A stretch of DNA of 62,454 nt, counting the filler, from a bacterium (lineage in GTDB: Bacteria; UBP15; UBA6099; JAJRTR01): NCBI GenBank assembly GCA_024278215.1. It is 3 parts of 3 records of this genome, joined end to end, with 100 filler letters (N's around TTAATTAATTAA, not from the genome) between each part and the next. Parts side by side here need not be neighbours in the genome. Positions count along the whole stretch, not along the records: positions 26,505 to 55,140 come from JAJRTR010000146.1; positions 55,241 to 62,454 come from JAJRTR010000151.1; 1 more part is not named here. One strand, given 5' to 3'. The notes beneath the pieces were generated by a model. That model searched no databases. It saw only the letters and a list, made by a program, of their open reading frames with translations, and was not told the DNA's origin. Below, in pieces: positions 47,077-56,679 of this stretch. Each line of letters begins with the position of its first letter. Position 1 is the first letter of the stretch. Made by a program: the position numbers and the translations under genes.

Positions 47077-47715
47077 TTATCCGTTTGTCTTCCCGAGTGC
47101 GTCGAGCAACTGTTTTTTAAGACGCTGCATCGTTACTGCCACCGGCTCTACCGGTATCTGCATCCAGTCGCCGAATTCAAGTAATATTTCAGGGCTGGTC
47201 ATGGCAATATCATTGAAGAAATCCAGAGCATCCAGCAGAAGCGCCGCCTCGTGCCTCGGGAATGTTTCATTAGCCTTGCCCTGGTCCCAGTCGCCGAATA
47301 TGCTTTCGCGTTCAAGCATCCAGCCGGGGGTTATCCAGTAAACTGTCCGTTTTTCTTCTGTTTCCCTACGCATCTGCTTATCGGAAAGCATGTCGATACA
47401 ATCGTCGGCATCCACGCGCACCGCTTCTATACCAGTCTCCCGGATCAGATCATCGATAGTTTTCTCCGGTGTGTTAGTGTTGAAGTAGCACTTCTTTCCG
47501 AGCGCCACGATTATCCTTTTGCTTTTTTCCGCCGCCTCTTTCAGCTTTTCCGGCAGTTCTCTCTCCATGTCCCAGGGTTTCTCGTGGTTCCCGGCAGTCG
47601 TGAACAGAACGGCATCGGCATCGAGGAAACCTTCTTCTTCGAGCCGCTCCATTTCTTTTCTCATAACCGCGCAGGTCACTATTATCGTTCCCTCAAAAGA
47701 ATTGTTCTCACTCAT
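47077..47715 (-). CDS. DUF1638-like protein
   Basis: VTCAVMRKE, NHEKP, KKCY, DDCIDML, YWITPGW. Confidence 0.75.
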   Translation of the reverse strand: MSENNSFEGTIIVTCAVMRKEMERLEEEGFLDADAVLFTTAGNHEKPWDMERELPEKLKEAAEKSKRIIVALGKKCYFNTNTPEKTIDDLIRETGIEAVRVDADDCIDMLSDKQMRRETEEKRTVYWITPGWMLERESIFGDWDQGKANETFPRHEAALLLDALDFFNDIAMTSPEILLEFGDWMQIPVEPVAVTMQRLKKQLLDALGKTNG

Positions 47716-47767
47716 TGCTGTCCCTCCCTGTCGATCAAAACGTTCTTTTTCATCACCCTGAATTTTC

Positions 47768-47932
47768 CCCTAACCCAGCACAGCCGGAACCCAAAAGATC
47801 GCATTTCGTGCCCAAACAAATTCGGTTTGAGCACGGCACACAGAGTTTCACTGTTCCCAAGGTCTACCTTGGGAACGCCTGGAACTGGAAGCTCCAGCTT
47901 CCACCGATCTCTTTTCAACATTGTCTTTACCA
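47768..47932 (+). mobile_element. Family A repeat (near full)
   Basis: Aligns with 5916-6080; perfect GTTCCCAAGG-TCTA-CCTTGGGAAC palindrome. Confidence 0.75.
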
Positions 47933-47966
47933 CAACACACAAGTTCATTTCCCTCTTCAAACATCT

Positions 47967-48362
47967 TCATTTTCGTGTTCGCAACGACTTTTTCCGTGGC
48001 TCTTTCATCGCTGTGTCGATAGCTTCCGAGAGCACCTGCAACGATTGCAGGCCGACAAAACGCCGAATCTCTTTACCGTTCCTGAAGATCACAAGTGTGG
48101 GAACACCTGTAATGCCGAGTTCGGCAGCGAGTTCTTTGTTTTCGCTCAAGTTCAACTTGCCCACTACAGCTTTGCCTTCAAATTTTTCCGCCAGTTTATC
48201 CACTATCGGCACTTGTAACCGACATGATGCTCCCCAGGGCAGAAAAAAGTGGACAAGAACAACTCCATCTCCTATCGCTTTTTCAAACTCGAGTTTGCTC
48301 ATTATTCTTTTCACCCTTACTTGAGCAATACCGATAAGCTCCCATCTCTTTTCATAGTTCAA
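47967..48362 (-). CDS. Thioredoxin-like protein with atypical WGASC site (start uncertain)
   Basis: GVVLVHFFLPWGASC, GITGVPTLVIFRNGKE..RFVG. Confidence 0.8.
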   Translation of the reverse strand: MNYEKRWELIGIAQVRVKRIMSKLEFEKAIGDGVVLVHFFLPWGASCRLQVPIVDKLAEKFEGKAVVGKLNLSENKELAAELGITGVPTLVIFRNGKEIRRFVGLQSLQVLSEAIDTAMKEPRKKSLRTRK

Positions 48363-48464
48363 AAATCATACCGTTTAAGTGAAAAGCTCGGTATACAAGG
48401 TAAGAATCTTAAAAAATGCTTGAAAACCGGCATTTTTTTATTTCAGAAAAACTGAAGCAAATAT

Positions 48465-48521
48465 TTGATACATCCGGTTGCGTTACTTATAATGGGTGTA
48501 ACGTTAACGGTAACGTACCGG
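48465..48521 (+). promoter_or_regulatory. Sigma70-type promoter of the activator gene with overlapping CGTTAC/GTAACG repeats
   Basis: TTGATA-17-TATAAT (48465-48493); CGTTAC..GTAACG-TTAACG-GTAACG. Confidence 0.6.
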
Positions 48522-48609
48522 GCTCCGGAAAGGGGAGAGCTATTTACAGGATTGCCTTTTACACACTATATCGCCATACCTTGCAAATTATTACAAAGGA
48601 AGCCATCGC

Positions 48610-50013
48610 ATGAAAGAAGAAGAAACATGGGAGAGTGAAAATATTCATCTCCTTCTCGATTCGTTATCAGACGGTGTTTTTACGGTAAGCCGCCAGGGCA
48701 GAATCACATCATGGAACAGAGCCATGGAGATTATCACGGGGCACAGGAAAGAGGACGTTTTAAACGGCCCCTGTTCGATACTCAATTTGAGTTCATGCTC
48801 CGGCGGATTCTGCCCGGAGAATCCGTCTGACTGTGAGGTGTTCAGTAAAGGGGAAGTTATTTCCAAAGAATGTTTACTCAGGCACAAAGACGGACATGAT
48901 GTGCCGATCTTAAAAAATGCGAATGTGCTCAAGAAACATGATGGAGAAGTTATAGGCGCAGTCGAAACAATAACGGACCTGACTGAAATGATAAAGGCGC
49001 GCAGGAAAGCGGACGAGGCGCTGCTCAAGCTGGAGGAAGTCCATCAATTCGGAAATATAATCGGAAAAAGCAAAGAGATGAGAGATGTGTTCACGGCGAT
49101 AAAACAGGCGGCGGCCACCAGCGCTACAATTCTGATCCAGGGCGAAAGCGGCACCGGAAAAGAGCTGGCGGCGGGTGCCATCCATTACAACAGCGACAGG
49201 GCGGATAAGCTGATGGTGGTAGTAAACTGTTCTGCCCTGTCTGAATCGTTGCTTGAAAGCGAGTTGTTCGGACATGTGCGAGGCGCGTTCACAGGCGCGG
49301 TGCGCGATCGTATCGGCAGGTTCGAGGAAGCCGACGGCGGCACGGTTTTCCTCGATGAAATAGGAGAGATCAGTCCTCTGATCCAGGTAAAACTTCTGAG
49401 AGTGCTCCAGGAACACGAGATCGAGCGTGTAGGTGAATCCAGGAAACGGAAAACGGACATAAGAGTTGTCGCGGCTACTCACAGGAATCTCATCGAGCGT
49501 GTAAATGAAGGCGCATTCCGCGAAGACCTGTACTACAGGCTGAAAGTTTTCCCGATCAATATGCCTCCGCTTCGCTCACATAAAAAGGATATTCCTCTGC
49601 TTGTAAGCCACTTTATAAAATCACATAATAAAAAGACGGGAAAGAGCATAGACGGTGTTACCAGTTCCGCGATGCGCATCCTGATGGATTACAACTGGCC
49701 TGGAAATGTAAGAGAGCTCGAGAATGCTGTCGAGCACGCCTTCGTCGTGTGCACAAGGAATAAGATAGACAGTTTCGATCTACCGGTGGAGGTCAGGAGA
49801 CTCGAGTATCAGCCTGCTCACGCGGATAGTCCGCCGGGAACGCAAAAGAACATATTACGACCGAAACTTACGCGGGAGAAGTTGATTGAGTTGCTCGATG
49901 ACTGCGACTGGAACAAAGCCGAGGCCGGGCGGCGGCTCGATGTAAGCCGCACTGCAATCTGGAAATACATGAGGAAATGGGATATCCCTCTGAAAAAAGA
50001 TGCCGTGAAATAG
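48610..50013 (+). CDS. PAS-domain sigma54-dependent activator (bEBP)
   Basis: PAS domain, [36 protein letters not shown], Fis-type HTH. Confidence 0.95.
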   Translation: MKEEETWESENIHLLLDSLSDGVFTVSRQGRITSWNRAMEIITGHRKEDVLNGPCSILNLSSCSGGFCPENPSDCEVFSKGEVISKECLLRHKDGHDVPILKNANVLKKHDGEVIGAVETITDLTEMIKARRKADEALLKLEEVHQFGNIIGKSKEMRDVFTAIKQAAATSATILIQGESGTGKELAAGAIHYNSDRADKLMVVVNCSALSESLLESELFGHVRGAFTGAVRDRIGRFEEADGGTVFLDEIGEISPLIQVKLLRVLQEHEIERVGESRKRKTDIRVVAATHRNLIERVNEGAFREDLYYRLKVFPINMPPLRSHKKDIPLLVSHFIKSHNKKTGKSIDGVTSSAMRILMDYNWPGNVRELENAVEHAFVVCTRNKIDSFDLPVEVRRLEYQPAHADSPPGTQKNILRPKLTREKLIELLDDCDWNKAEAGRRLDVSRTAIWKYMRKWDIPLKKDAVK

Positions 50014-50118
50014 CGGCCGGTCAACTTTGTGCCGATGTATAAAGTGAATGGGACGAGAACACCGACATCCCGCCTCAACCTGTGCCTGTATGAGAGTTTC
50101 GAGTATGATAAATAACAT

Positions 50119-50237
50119 AACACAGAGAGCACAGAGTTTTTGAGAACACAGAGAAAAAATAAAGAATATTTGTAATTACAAGTAGAGTTGAAGTGATTCA
50201 TTCTCCGTTCTCTCTGTTGCTCCGTGCTCTCTGTGTT
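50119..50237. repeat. CACAGAG-type inverted-repeat element (family E)
   Basis: AACACAGAGAGCACAGAG ... CTCCGTGCTCTCTGTGTT (17 of 18 complementary), between convergent genes. Confidence 0.7.
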
Positions 50238-50244
50238 GAAATGC

Positions 50245-50283
50245 CTTTACCATCCTGCGCAGAGTATTTCAGTCATAAGATAC
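50245..50283 (+). repeat. Family A terminal fragment
   Basis: CTTTACCATCCTGCGCAGAGTATTTCAGTCATAAGATAC resembles 6073-6109. Confidence 0.6.
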
Positions 50284-50285
50284 GG

Positions 50286-50645
50286 TTAGAAAGTGAGCGT
50301 AATATCCGCGCCTTCGGCATCCATGAGAAACGCCGGCCCTTTTTTGATGACGATGCGGTCGTCACGCAGGTCTTCCGGCTTTATGCCTTTGCTTTCGATG
50401 GAAAGCTCGCAGAAGATGACCTCGCTGCCTTCATCCATAATCGTGTTGAAGAGATCGACAGGATTCGGGAGTCCCTTCGGTGTACCGATCTTCTCGAGTT
50501 CGCCTTTGACAAGCGCCTGAGCCGCGCCGGGGCAGAAAAACATAATCAACTTATTATCGATCGCGACACCCGACGATGCCAGGATCAGCGCCGGCATTAT
50601 CTGTGACGGCTCCGCACTGTTGCAAACAACTACCATCTTACCCAT
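50286..50645 (-). CDS. DsrE-family protein
   Basis: ALILAS..MFFC..IFCELS..ADITLTF DsrE-fold pattern. Confidence 0.78.
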   Translation of the reverse strand: MGKMVVVCNSAEPSQIMPALILASSGVAIDNKLIMFFCPGAAQALVKGELEKIGTPKGLPNPVDLFNTIMDEGSEVIFCELSIESKGIKPEDLRDDRIVIKKGPAFLMDAEGADITLTF

Positions 50646-50687
50646 AATCTTAAGTCTCCTTTATGTGATATTTTATTAAATTCCTTC

Positions 50688-51617
50688 TCATTCCATACAT
50701 TTCATAATCAGGCTCGAGAGGTCTTCGACATCGGCGCCTGCTTTTCGCAGGTTGCCCAGGCAAATCGGGCACATGGCGATGATCTGCTTGCCGGTTTCCT
50801 GTAGTTCGGCGACTCTGCGTTCGACGATTTCGGCGGAAAGTTTCGGCGAGATCGATTCCGCCGGACCGCCGCAGCAACTTGTGTAGAGTCCCGAGTTCCG
50901 CGCGGGCACACATTCCACGCCAAGCTTTCCGAGCGCTTTAACGGGCACATCGGAGAGTTCGAGATACCTGCCGTAGAAGCACGGATCGTGCAGTGTCACC
51001 TGGTGACAGCCGTTTTTCGAGTGAAGATTTATAAGCTCGAAATATGTTTTCACTTCGAAGCTTATGCCCGTGTATTTCGGAAAAAGTATTTTCAGCGCGT
51101 AAGTCGTGTGCGGATCGACAGTGATTATTTTTTTGACGCCTTTGGCTTTTAGCTTTTCAGCGACATATTTCGCGTGGCGCACGAATTCGTCCTGGGCGCC
51201 GAGGTCGTAGAGCAGGATTCCGCTGTAGTCGTCGAGAGAGGGATCGTAGTGGAAGTCTACGCCGGATTTCGTGAGTATTGTTGAAATGTTCCTGAGAATA
51301 TTCGTAAATTTAAGTTTTTCGTCAAGTGGCGTAATCGCCGCGAGCCCAAGGCTCGTCAGTGTTTTCGGGACGAGTTTACCGTATCGGGCATATCCGGCCC
51401 ATTTCGAGTCTTCGTAGCTTTCAAGGTAGGCTGTCGTTTTTTCGATGTAGGGCATGAACTGGTACATCAGGCCGGTGAAAAGCAGGGAGCCGCCCTGTCT
51501 GGGGATGTCAAATTTTTTCCACCAGCCGTTCAGCCAGTATTTTGAGATGCCGAACGGGTTCCTCGTTTTTGCGACGTTGTCGGCCAGCAGGTCTATGATG
51601 TCCTTGGGGTCATACAT
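50688..51617 (-). CDS. CCG-domain (HdrB/HdrD-like) Fe-S protein
   Basis: HDPCFYGR, SCCGGP, MCPIC; the N-terminal CCG-like half lacks its cysteines. Confidence 0.8.
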   Translation of the reverse strand: MYDPKDIIDLLADNVAKTRNPFGISKYWLNGWWKKFDIPRQGGSLLFTGLMYQFMPYIEKTTAYLESYEDSKWAGYARYGKLVPKTLTSLGLAAITPLDEKLKFTNILRNISTILTKSGVDFHYDPSLDDYSGILLYDLGAQDEFVRHAKYVAEKLKAKGVKKIITVDPHTTYALKILFPKYTGISFEVKTYFELINLHSKNGCHQVTLHDPCFYGRYLELSDVPVKALGKLGVECVPARNSGLYTSCCGGPAESISPKLSAEIVERRVAELQETGKQIIAMCPICLGNLRKAGADVEDLSSLIMKCME

Positions 51618-51618
51618 A

Positions 51619-51921
51619 TCAAGACTTCCTCCAGTTTGCCGTTACATAACGTTTCAGGCCCAGGATCACTTCTCCGGGGTCGGCGCCGCGCGGACATGTC
51701 TGTGTGCATAGTCCGCAGTGAAGACAGCGCCACAATTCCGCGGGCTCTTCGAGAATCTTCTCTTTTGCACCCAGTTGTATGTAACGCAACATGCGGCGCG
51801 GGAAATGTTCGTATATGAGCGGGCATATCGCGGCGCAGGTGCCGCAGTTGAAACATTCCATGGCAGTGTCGCTGCCGTGTGCTGCAAGTTCTTCAGCAAA
51901 ATCAGGTTTCACTAAAAGCAT
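51619..51921 (-). CDS. HdrC-like 2x[4Fe-4S] protein
   Basis: CFNCGTCAAICP and CLHCGLCTQTCP. Confidence 0.88.
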   Translation of the reverse strand: MLLVKPDFAEELAAHGSDTAMECFNCGTCAAICPLIYEHFPRRMLRYIQLGAKEKILEEPAELWRCLHCGLCTQTCPRGADPGEVILGLKRYVTANWRKS

Positions 51922-51986
51922 TTTTTCCTCCGGGGGCGATATTTCACTGCCCGGCGTGGACGGTCGGACAGCGCATCCGCCCCGTT

Positions 51987-52304
51987 TCATACGGCTTCTT
52001 CAGACGCTTCTTTTGCTACAAGTTCGTATTTGAAATAATCGCCGGCTTTTTCCGCCTCGACCAGTTCGCCGTATTTCTTAAGTGATGCGACATACCACAT
52101 CACATCCGCTGTACTCATCGTTACAGCCTGCGCAATTTCCGGAACTGTCATCTGTTGATTCGACATGACATCCTTTATCAATTTGATCGCTTTTTTGTGC
52201 TTTCTCATTTTCTCCGTAGCAGCTTTAATAAACGGTTTTCTGCTTTCGCGTAGTTTCTTCATCGCTTCTTTGTCAATCGTATTTTCATGTTCATTCGAAC
52301 CCAT
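51987..52304 (-). CDS. Small winged helix-turn-helix protein
   Basis: TVPEIAQAV..DVMWYVASLKKYGEL; GGAGG RBS. Confidence 0.75.
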   Translation of the reverse strand: MGSNEHENTIDKEAMKKLRESRKPFIKAATEKMRKHKKAIKLIKDVMSNQQMTVPEIAQAVTMSTADVMWYVASLKKYGELVEAEKAGDYFKYELVAKEASEEAV

Positions 52305-52324
52305 AATGTCCTCCGTATACTTCA

Positions 52325-52369
52325 GAGCCGATTGCATAATTCCGATTCTGCCGCGGGCGGCTGCAATTG
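52325..52369 (+). repeat. MITE family B terminal fragment inside operon
   Basis: GAGCCGATTGCATAATTCCGATTCTGCCGCGGGCGGCTGCAATTG. Confidence 0.7.
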
Positions 52370-52418
52370 ATCCTTCAGGTTGATACTTGTCGCCCGGCGT
52401 CAAACAGCGGCGGTGCAA

Positions 52419-54332
52419 TCATTTGATATCCGCTACTATCCAGTCGACCATAGCTTCGTACTGTTCGAGTGTCCAGCCACTGATGTCGATCGCATTATCG
52501 GGGCAGACAGCTACACACGCCCCGCAGCCTGTGCACATGGCAGGCTCCACCCTGGCGATCTGTTTTTTCTCGCCGTCCTCTGTTTCATAATCCGCCATCC
52601 CGAGCGCGCCTTCCACGAGACAGGCTTTCACACATTCGCCGGTGCCTTTGCACTTGTCCGCGTCGACACTGGCGACAAAGGGATCGAGATCGACGTGCCC
52701 TTTGCCCAGCAGAGACGCGGCTTTAGCGGCGGCGGCGCCTGCCGCGTTCGACACTTCGCCCGTGTCCATGGGTGCCTGGCAGGTGCCGGCGAGATAGATA
52801 CCCGCTTTGGGCAGTTCCACAGGGCGCAGCTTGGGATGCACTTCCTGCAGGAATCTGTCCGCGCCCACGGGCAGTTTCATCATTGTCACCAGATCGGATA
52901 TAGCGGCGGGTTCCATGCCGGTCGCCAGCACGACGAGGTCGACAGGCACTGCGACTTCCTCGCCGAATGTCAGCGTATCTTTCGCCCTGACAAGCAGTGG
53001 ATAATCGCCGGGCGCTTCTTTCGAGGTGACTTCCGGGCCGGCGTCGGCCTCGAAACGAATGAAGACGACTTTGTTTTTCGACGCGCGGCTGTAGAGTTCC
53101 TCCTGGCCGCGGCCATAGGTTCTTATGTCGCGATAGAACTCATATATGCTTGTGCCGGGATGCGCTTCTTTGATATTGTTGGCCGCGTTCAGCGTGGCAG
53201 CGCAGCATGTGCGCGAGCAATACTCGTTGAGATTACCTGCTTCATCCTCTGTGTGTATGCCGGGTATGTGCCTGCTGCCGACACAATGAATCATCGCCAT
53301 GCTTCTTATTTCACGACCGTTGACAACAAGGCGGTCACCGCTGTTTTTCCCTGTTGCCATCAATTGGATGAGTTCCGGCAGTGTGATTACTTCCGGGTAG
53401 TCGCTGTAACCATATTCGCCGTTCCGCGGAGTGTACGGCTTAAAGCCTGTAGCAAGGATGATAACTCCGGCATCAATGGTTATGTTTTCTTCGGAGGAAG
53501 GCGGTGCATCCGGCAGCACACCGGCGAACGGAATATAAGCGCCTGTTTTCATACCGGACGTAACATTTCGAGAGCAGCCGTCTTTGTCGGTGCCGGTATC
53601 CGGCGGACATTTTTTTATGCCCAGTTTGAAATTGCCGACGTAACCTTCGTAACTTTGTACAGTCGAGCAACTATGCACGGTTATCAATGGATTGGCCAGC
53701 ACGTTCGTGGCGAGAGATGTCAGGAGATCAGCGGCTTTCGTATTTGAAGGTGCAAGGCGGTCGAGTTTTGCAACATTGCCGCCGAGGAAGGGTGATTTTT
53801 CGATTATGGTGACTTTAACGCCTTTGTCGGCCAGGTCTGTTGCGGCCTTCATGCCTGCCATGCCGCCACCGATGACGGCGGCATGAGCTATCGCATCGAC
53901 GCGGATGGGTTCGAGCGGTTCGAGCAGGTTGGCTTTCGCGACTGCCGCCGACACCAGCCGGGCGGCCTTTTCCGTAGCGGAATCGCCGTTATGCACCCAA
54001 CTGACGTGCTCCCGGATGTTGGCGTGTTCATATATGTAGGGGTTGAAACCAGCGCGTTTTACCGCGTTGCGGAAAGTGGTCTGGTGGAGACTCGGAGCGC
54101 ATGAAGCAACTACGACACGGTCCACAGCGCCGCTCTTGAGGTCTTCCATTATCATCTCCTGGCCGGGATCGGAACACATGAACATGTTGGTCCTGGCCAC
54201 GGAAACCAATGGCATTTTCTCTACGCTTTCACGGACTTTCTCGACATATACATGGTCGGAAATATTACCTCCGCAATAGCAAATATATACGCCGACTTTT
54301 CTTTGCTTTTCGCCGGTTGCTTCATTTTTCAT
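52419..54332 (-). CDS. hdrA: HdrA-family flavo-iron-sulfur protein
   Basis: GVYICYCGGNI, ANIREH, GGGMAG, HCVGSR..YCSRTCC, DIRTYG, C-terminal ferredoxin. Confidence 0.9.
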   Translation of the reverse strand: MKNEATGEKQRKVGVYICYCGGNISDHVYVEKVRESVEKMPLVSVARTNMFMCSDPGQEMIMEDLKSGAVDRVVVASCAPSLHQTTFRNAVKRAGFNPYIYEHANIREHVSWVHNGDSATEKAARLVSAAVAKANLLEPLEPIRVDAIAHAAVIGGGMAGMKAATDLADKGVKVTIIEKSPFLGGNVAKLDRLAPSNTKAADLLTSLATNVLANPLITVHSCSTVQSYEGYVGNFKLGIKKCPPDTGTDKDGCSRNVTSGMKTGAYIPFAGVLPDAPPSSEENITIDAGVIILATGFKPYTPRNGEYGYSDYPEVITLPELIQLMATGKNSGDRLVVNGREIRSMAMIHCVGSRHIPGIHTEDEAGNLNEYCSRTCCAATLNAANNIKEAHPGTSIYEFYRDIRTYGRGQEELYSRASKNKVVFIRFEADAGPEVTSKEAPGDYPLLVRAKDTLTFGEEVAVPVDLVVLATGMEPAAISDLVTMMKLPVGADRFLQEVHPKLRPVELPKAGIYLAGTCQAPMDTGEVSNAAGAAAAKAASLLGKGHVDLDPFVASVDADKCKGTGECVKACLVEGALGMADYETEDGEKKQIARVEPAMCTGCGACVAVCPDNAIDISGWTLEQYEAMVDWIVADIK

Positions 54333-54431
54333 GTCATCGCCCATACCTGGAACTCCCAATAATGGAATCTGATATTTCAATTATTGCCTTTCGACAACAG
54401 GCACGTCTCATTTGTATTCGCCGCCGCAGAT

Positions 54432-55140
54432 TCAGGCGGGCACTCTGCCGGATTCGGATTTTGCCGCCATATACTTCGCGGCTTCCATTGCAGCCGAACC
54501 GGATTCGGCGATGGAATCAACAATATCTTTCGGGCCGGCGGCTGCGCCCGTGACGAACACGCCTTCCATATCCGTGACCGTCGGCGCTATCCACGGATGC
54601 GCGGATTTTATAAAGTTGTCCGTATCCACCGGAACGGGACATGTGCCCGCCGGGTTCCAGCCCGGTATCATTCCCATGGACAGCACGACAAGATCGTGGC
54701 TCGCGCTTATCCGGCCCTCTCCGTCCTGCGCTTCATAGATAATCGTCACGCTCCCGTTTTCGCCCTTATCGACCATCGCTACTTTGCCCTTGATGAATTC
54801 GATTCCCATAGCTTTAGCGTTCTGGTAGAACTGCTCGTAGCCTTTGCCGAACGCTCGTATGTCCATGTAGTAGATAGTGATATCCGCAAGCGGCAACGAA
54901 CCCGACAGAAGCATCGCCTGCTTTATCGCGTACATGCAGCAGACCCGCGAGCAGTAGGAAACCCCCATGCTCCTGTCACGCGACCCGGCGCATTGCACAT
55001 AGGCGATCGAGTCGGGCGCCATGCCGTCGGAAGGGCGCAACACCCTGTTGTACGGCCCATGCGGAGCCAGCAGCCGCTCCATCTGCATCGACGTAATGAC
55101 ATTTGGGATATTCCCGTTGCCGTATTGGTGCTTGTTCTCG
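54432..55140 (-). CDS. hdrA: Second HdrA-like subunit, 5'-truncated by gap
   Basis: NVITSMQMER, QCAGSRD..YCSRVCCMYAIK, DIRAFGKG, GPKDI. Confidence 0.88.
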
Positions 55141-55240
55141 NNNNNNNNNNNNNNNNNNNNNNNNNNNNNNNNNNNNNNNNNNNNTTAATTAATTAANNNN
55201 NNNNNNNNNNNNNNNNNNNNNNNNNNNNNNNNNNNNNNNN
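55141..55240. other. Artificial contig linker
   Basis: N44-TTAATTAATTAA-N44. Confidence 0.97.
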
Positions 55241-55823
55241 AGAGCATTTCGTTCGCGGCGGGAAGCAGGAATGTTCCATTATTGAGAGTAATCGGCCTGT
55301 TGCGGAGTGCGTATCCCTTTTTACTTATAAGAGTTTTCTCATCGGACCATGCGAGACCGCCGCTGTCGGAGAATCTGTAGTGAATCCGGCAGTCGTCCCA
55401 TGTATCACCGTACATAACAAGATAGAAGAACCACACACGGCCACGCGGGTCGGTGTACAGAACCGGATTACCTTCCGAGAGGCCGGGCGCGTCGTTCAGG
55501 ATCGCCGGCGTCGACCACTTCCCGCTTCCCGCCTGCAAGCGCGACGAAAGTATCGCTACGTCCTTCGCTTTTTCATGCGCGCCCGCGAACCACGCCGCCA
55601 TCAGGTCGCCCCCCGGCAGTTCCGTGATTGTCGACGCATGGCATTGAGGCCGACCCGGAATCTCATCAAATATAAGTTGCTCCCGGTAAAACGGACTGTC
55701 CTGATGCTTCTCCACGGCTTCAGCCGGAGCGTGCGGCATCATGATCAGGCATAAGATTGCTATAAAGATACGTATTGGGATTTGTACTTTTATGTTCACC
55801 AATGTGCTGTTTGTCATTCTCAT
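55241..55823 (-). CDS. BNR/Asp-box sialidase-like protein, 3'-truncated
   Basis: CHASTITEL, AWFAG.HE, GNPVL, Asp-box SDSGGLAWS, RNRPI. Confidence 0.85.
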
Positions 55824-56101
55824 TTTATACCCCTGGGGCCTGCGAAAAACAAGTCGGCATTGTGTGCATTGCGCGGCACCTCATACGGGCGCAGGGCCCG
55901 GACGAGGCGTAGTACCTTCTCTTATTATATTACTGAACTGCGCGTTATTAAATATGTACACTTATCACAGAGCGCATTCCTCTATGAAAATGGATTTCCG
56001 CACATGCGGGAATCCATTTCAGGGCTTCATCGTTTTTCCATAAAAAACACATGTTTTCAAAAGAGCTCACAAGTTCAAATTGCTGCGACGAGACAAGCAG
56101 A

Positions 56102-56130
56102 TTGATTCATTGTGCATTTACTGATATAAT
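56102..56130 (+). promoter_or_regulatory. Sigma70-type promoter upstream of the kor-hdr operon
   Basis: TTGATT-17-TATAAT. Confidence 0.6.
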
Positions 56131-56170
56131 TCTGGATTGAAATAACGGTAGTCGAAAATATACATCAGCA

Positions 56171-56252
56171 GAGTTGATTGCAAAGTTATGTTCGTGATGC
56201 TGCCGGCGGACACTTGCCGGGAGCGATGGAATCAGAATTTTTCAATCTGCTC
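56171..56252 (-). repeat. Internally deleted, degenerate MITE family B copy retaining both ends
   Basis: GAGTTGATTGCAAAGTTATGTTCGT ... GAATCAGAATTTTTCAATCTGCTC. Confidence 0.55.
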
Positions 56253-56340
56253 ACTTAATAAGCAAAACAGAATGCGTTTGTAGATTTGATGTGTTCCAGG
56301 CCGGTTAATCCTGAACTGCAATATTGGATTTGAGGACAAG

Positions 56341-56679
56341 ATGAGCTTCTGGCGAATGCCGCTTGATGCGGAAGAACAGGGTGTTACAGTAGGCGAGGTG
56401 CATATAATTGCCTACAGATGCAAAGGTTGTCGTTACTGCATCGAGTTTTGTCCGAATAATGTTCTTGCCGAATCTGAAGAATTCAACGAGAAAGGCTATC
56501 ACCCACCTTACGCGGCAAAGGACGGCAAGTGCGTGAACTGCAATTTTTGTGAGACGATTTGTCCTGAATTCGCGATTTTCGTTACAGAAGGTAAGCCAGG
56601 TAATTTGCAGCCTGCCGACGTGTTGCATGATGTGAAACCCGGCCGGAGACTACAGAGGAAACGGCGTTATGGAGAATAG
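56341..56679 (+). CDS. korD: 2-oxoacid:ferredoxin oxidoreductase delta subunit (2x[4Fe-4S])
   Basis: CKGCRYCIEFCP, FNEKGYH, CVNCNFCETICPEFAI. Confidence 0.88.
   Translation: MSFWRMPLDAEEQGVTVGEVHIIAYRCKGCRYCIEFCPNNVLAESEEFNEKGYHPPYAAKDGKCVNCNFCETICPEFAIFVTEGKPGNLQPADVLHDVKPGRRLQRKRRYGE

Noticed and set aside
5916-47932. Repeat families as a possible CRISPR array
   Set aside because: Copies are dispersed, long and not separated by regular unique spacers; no cas genes in the window.
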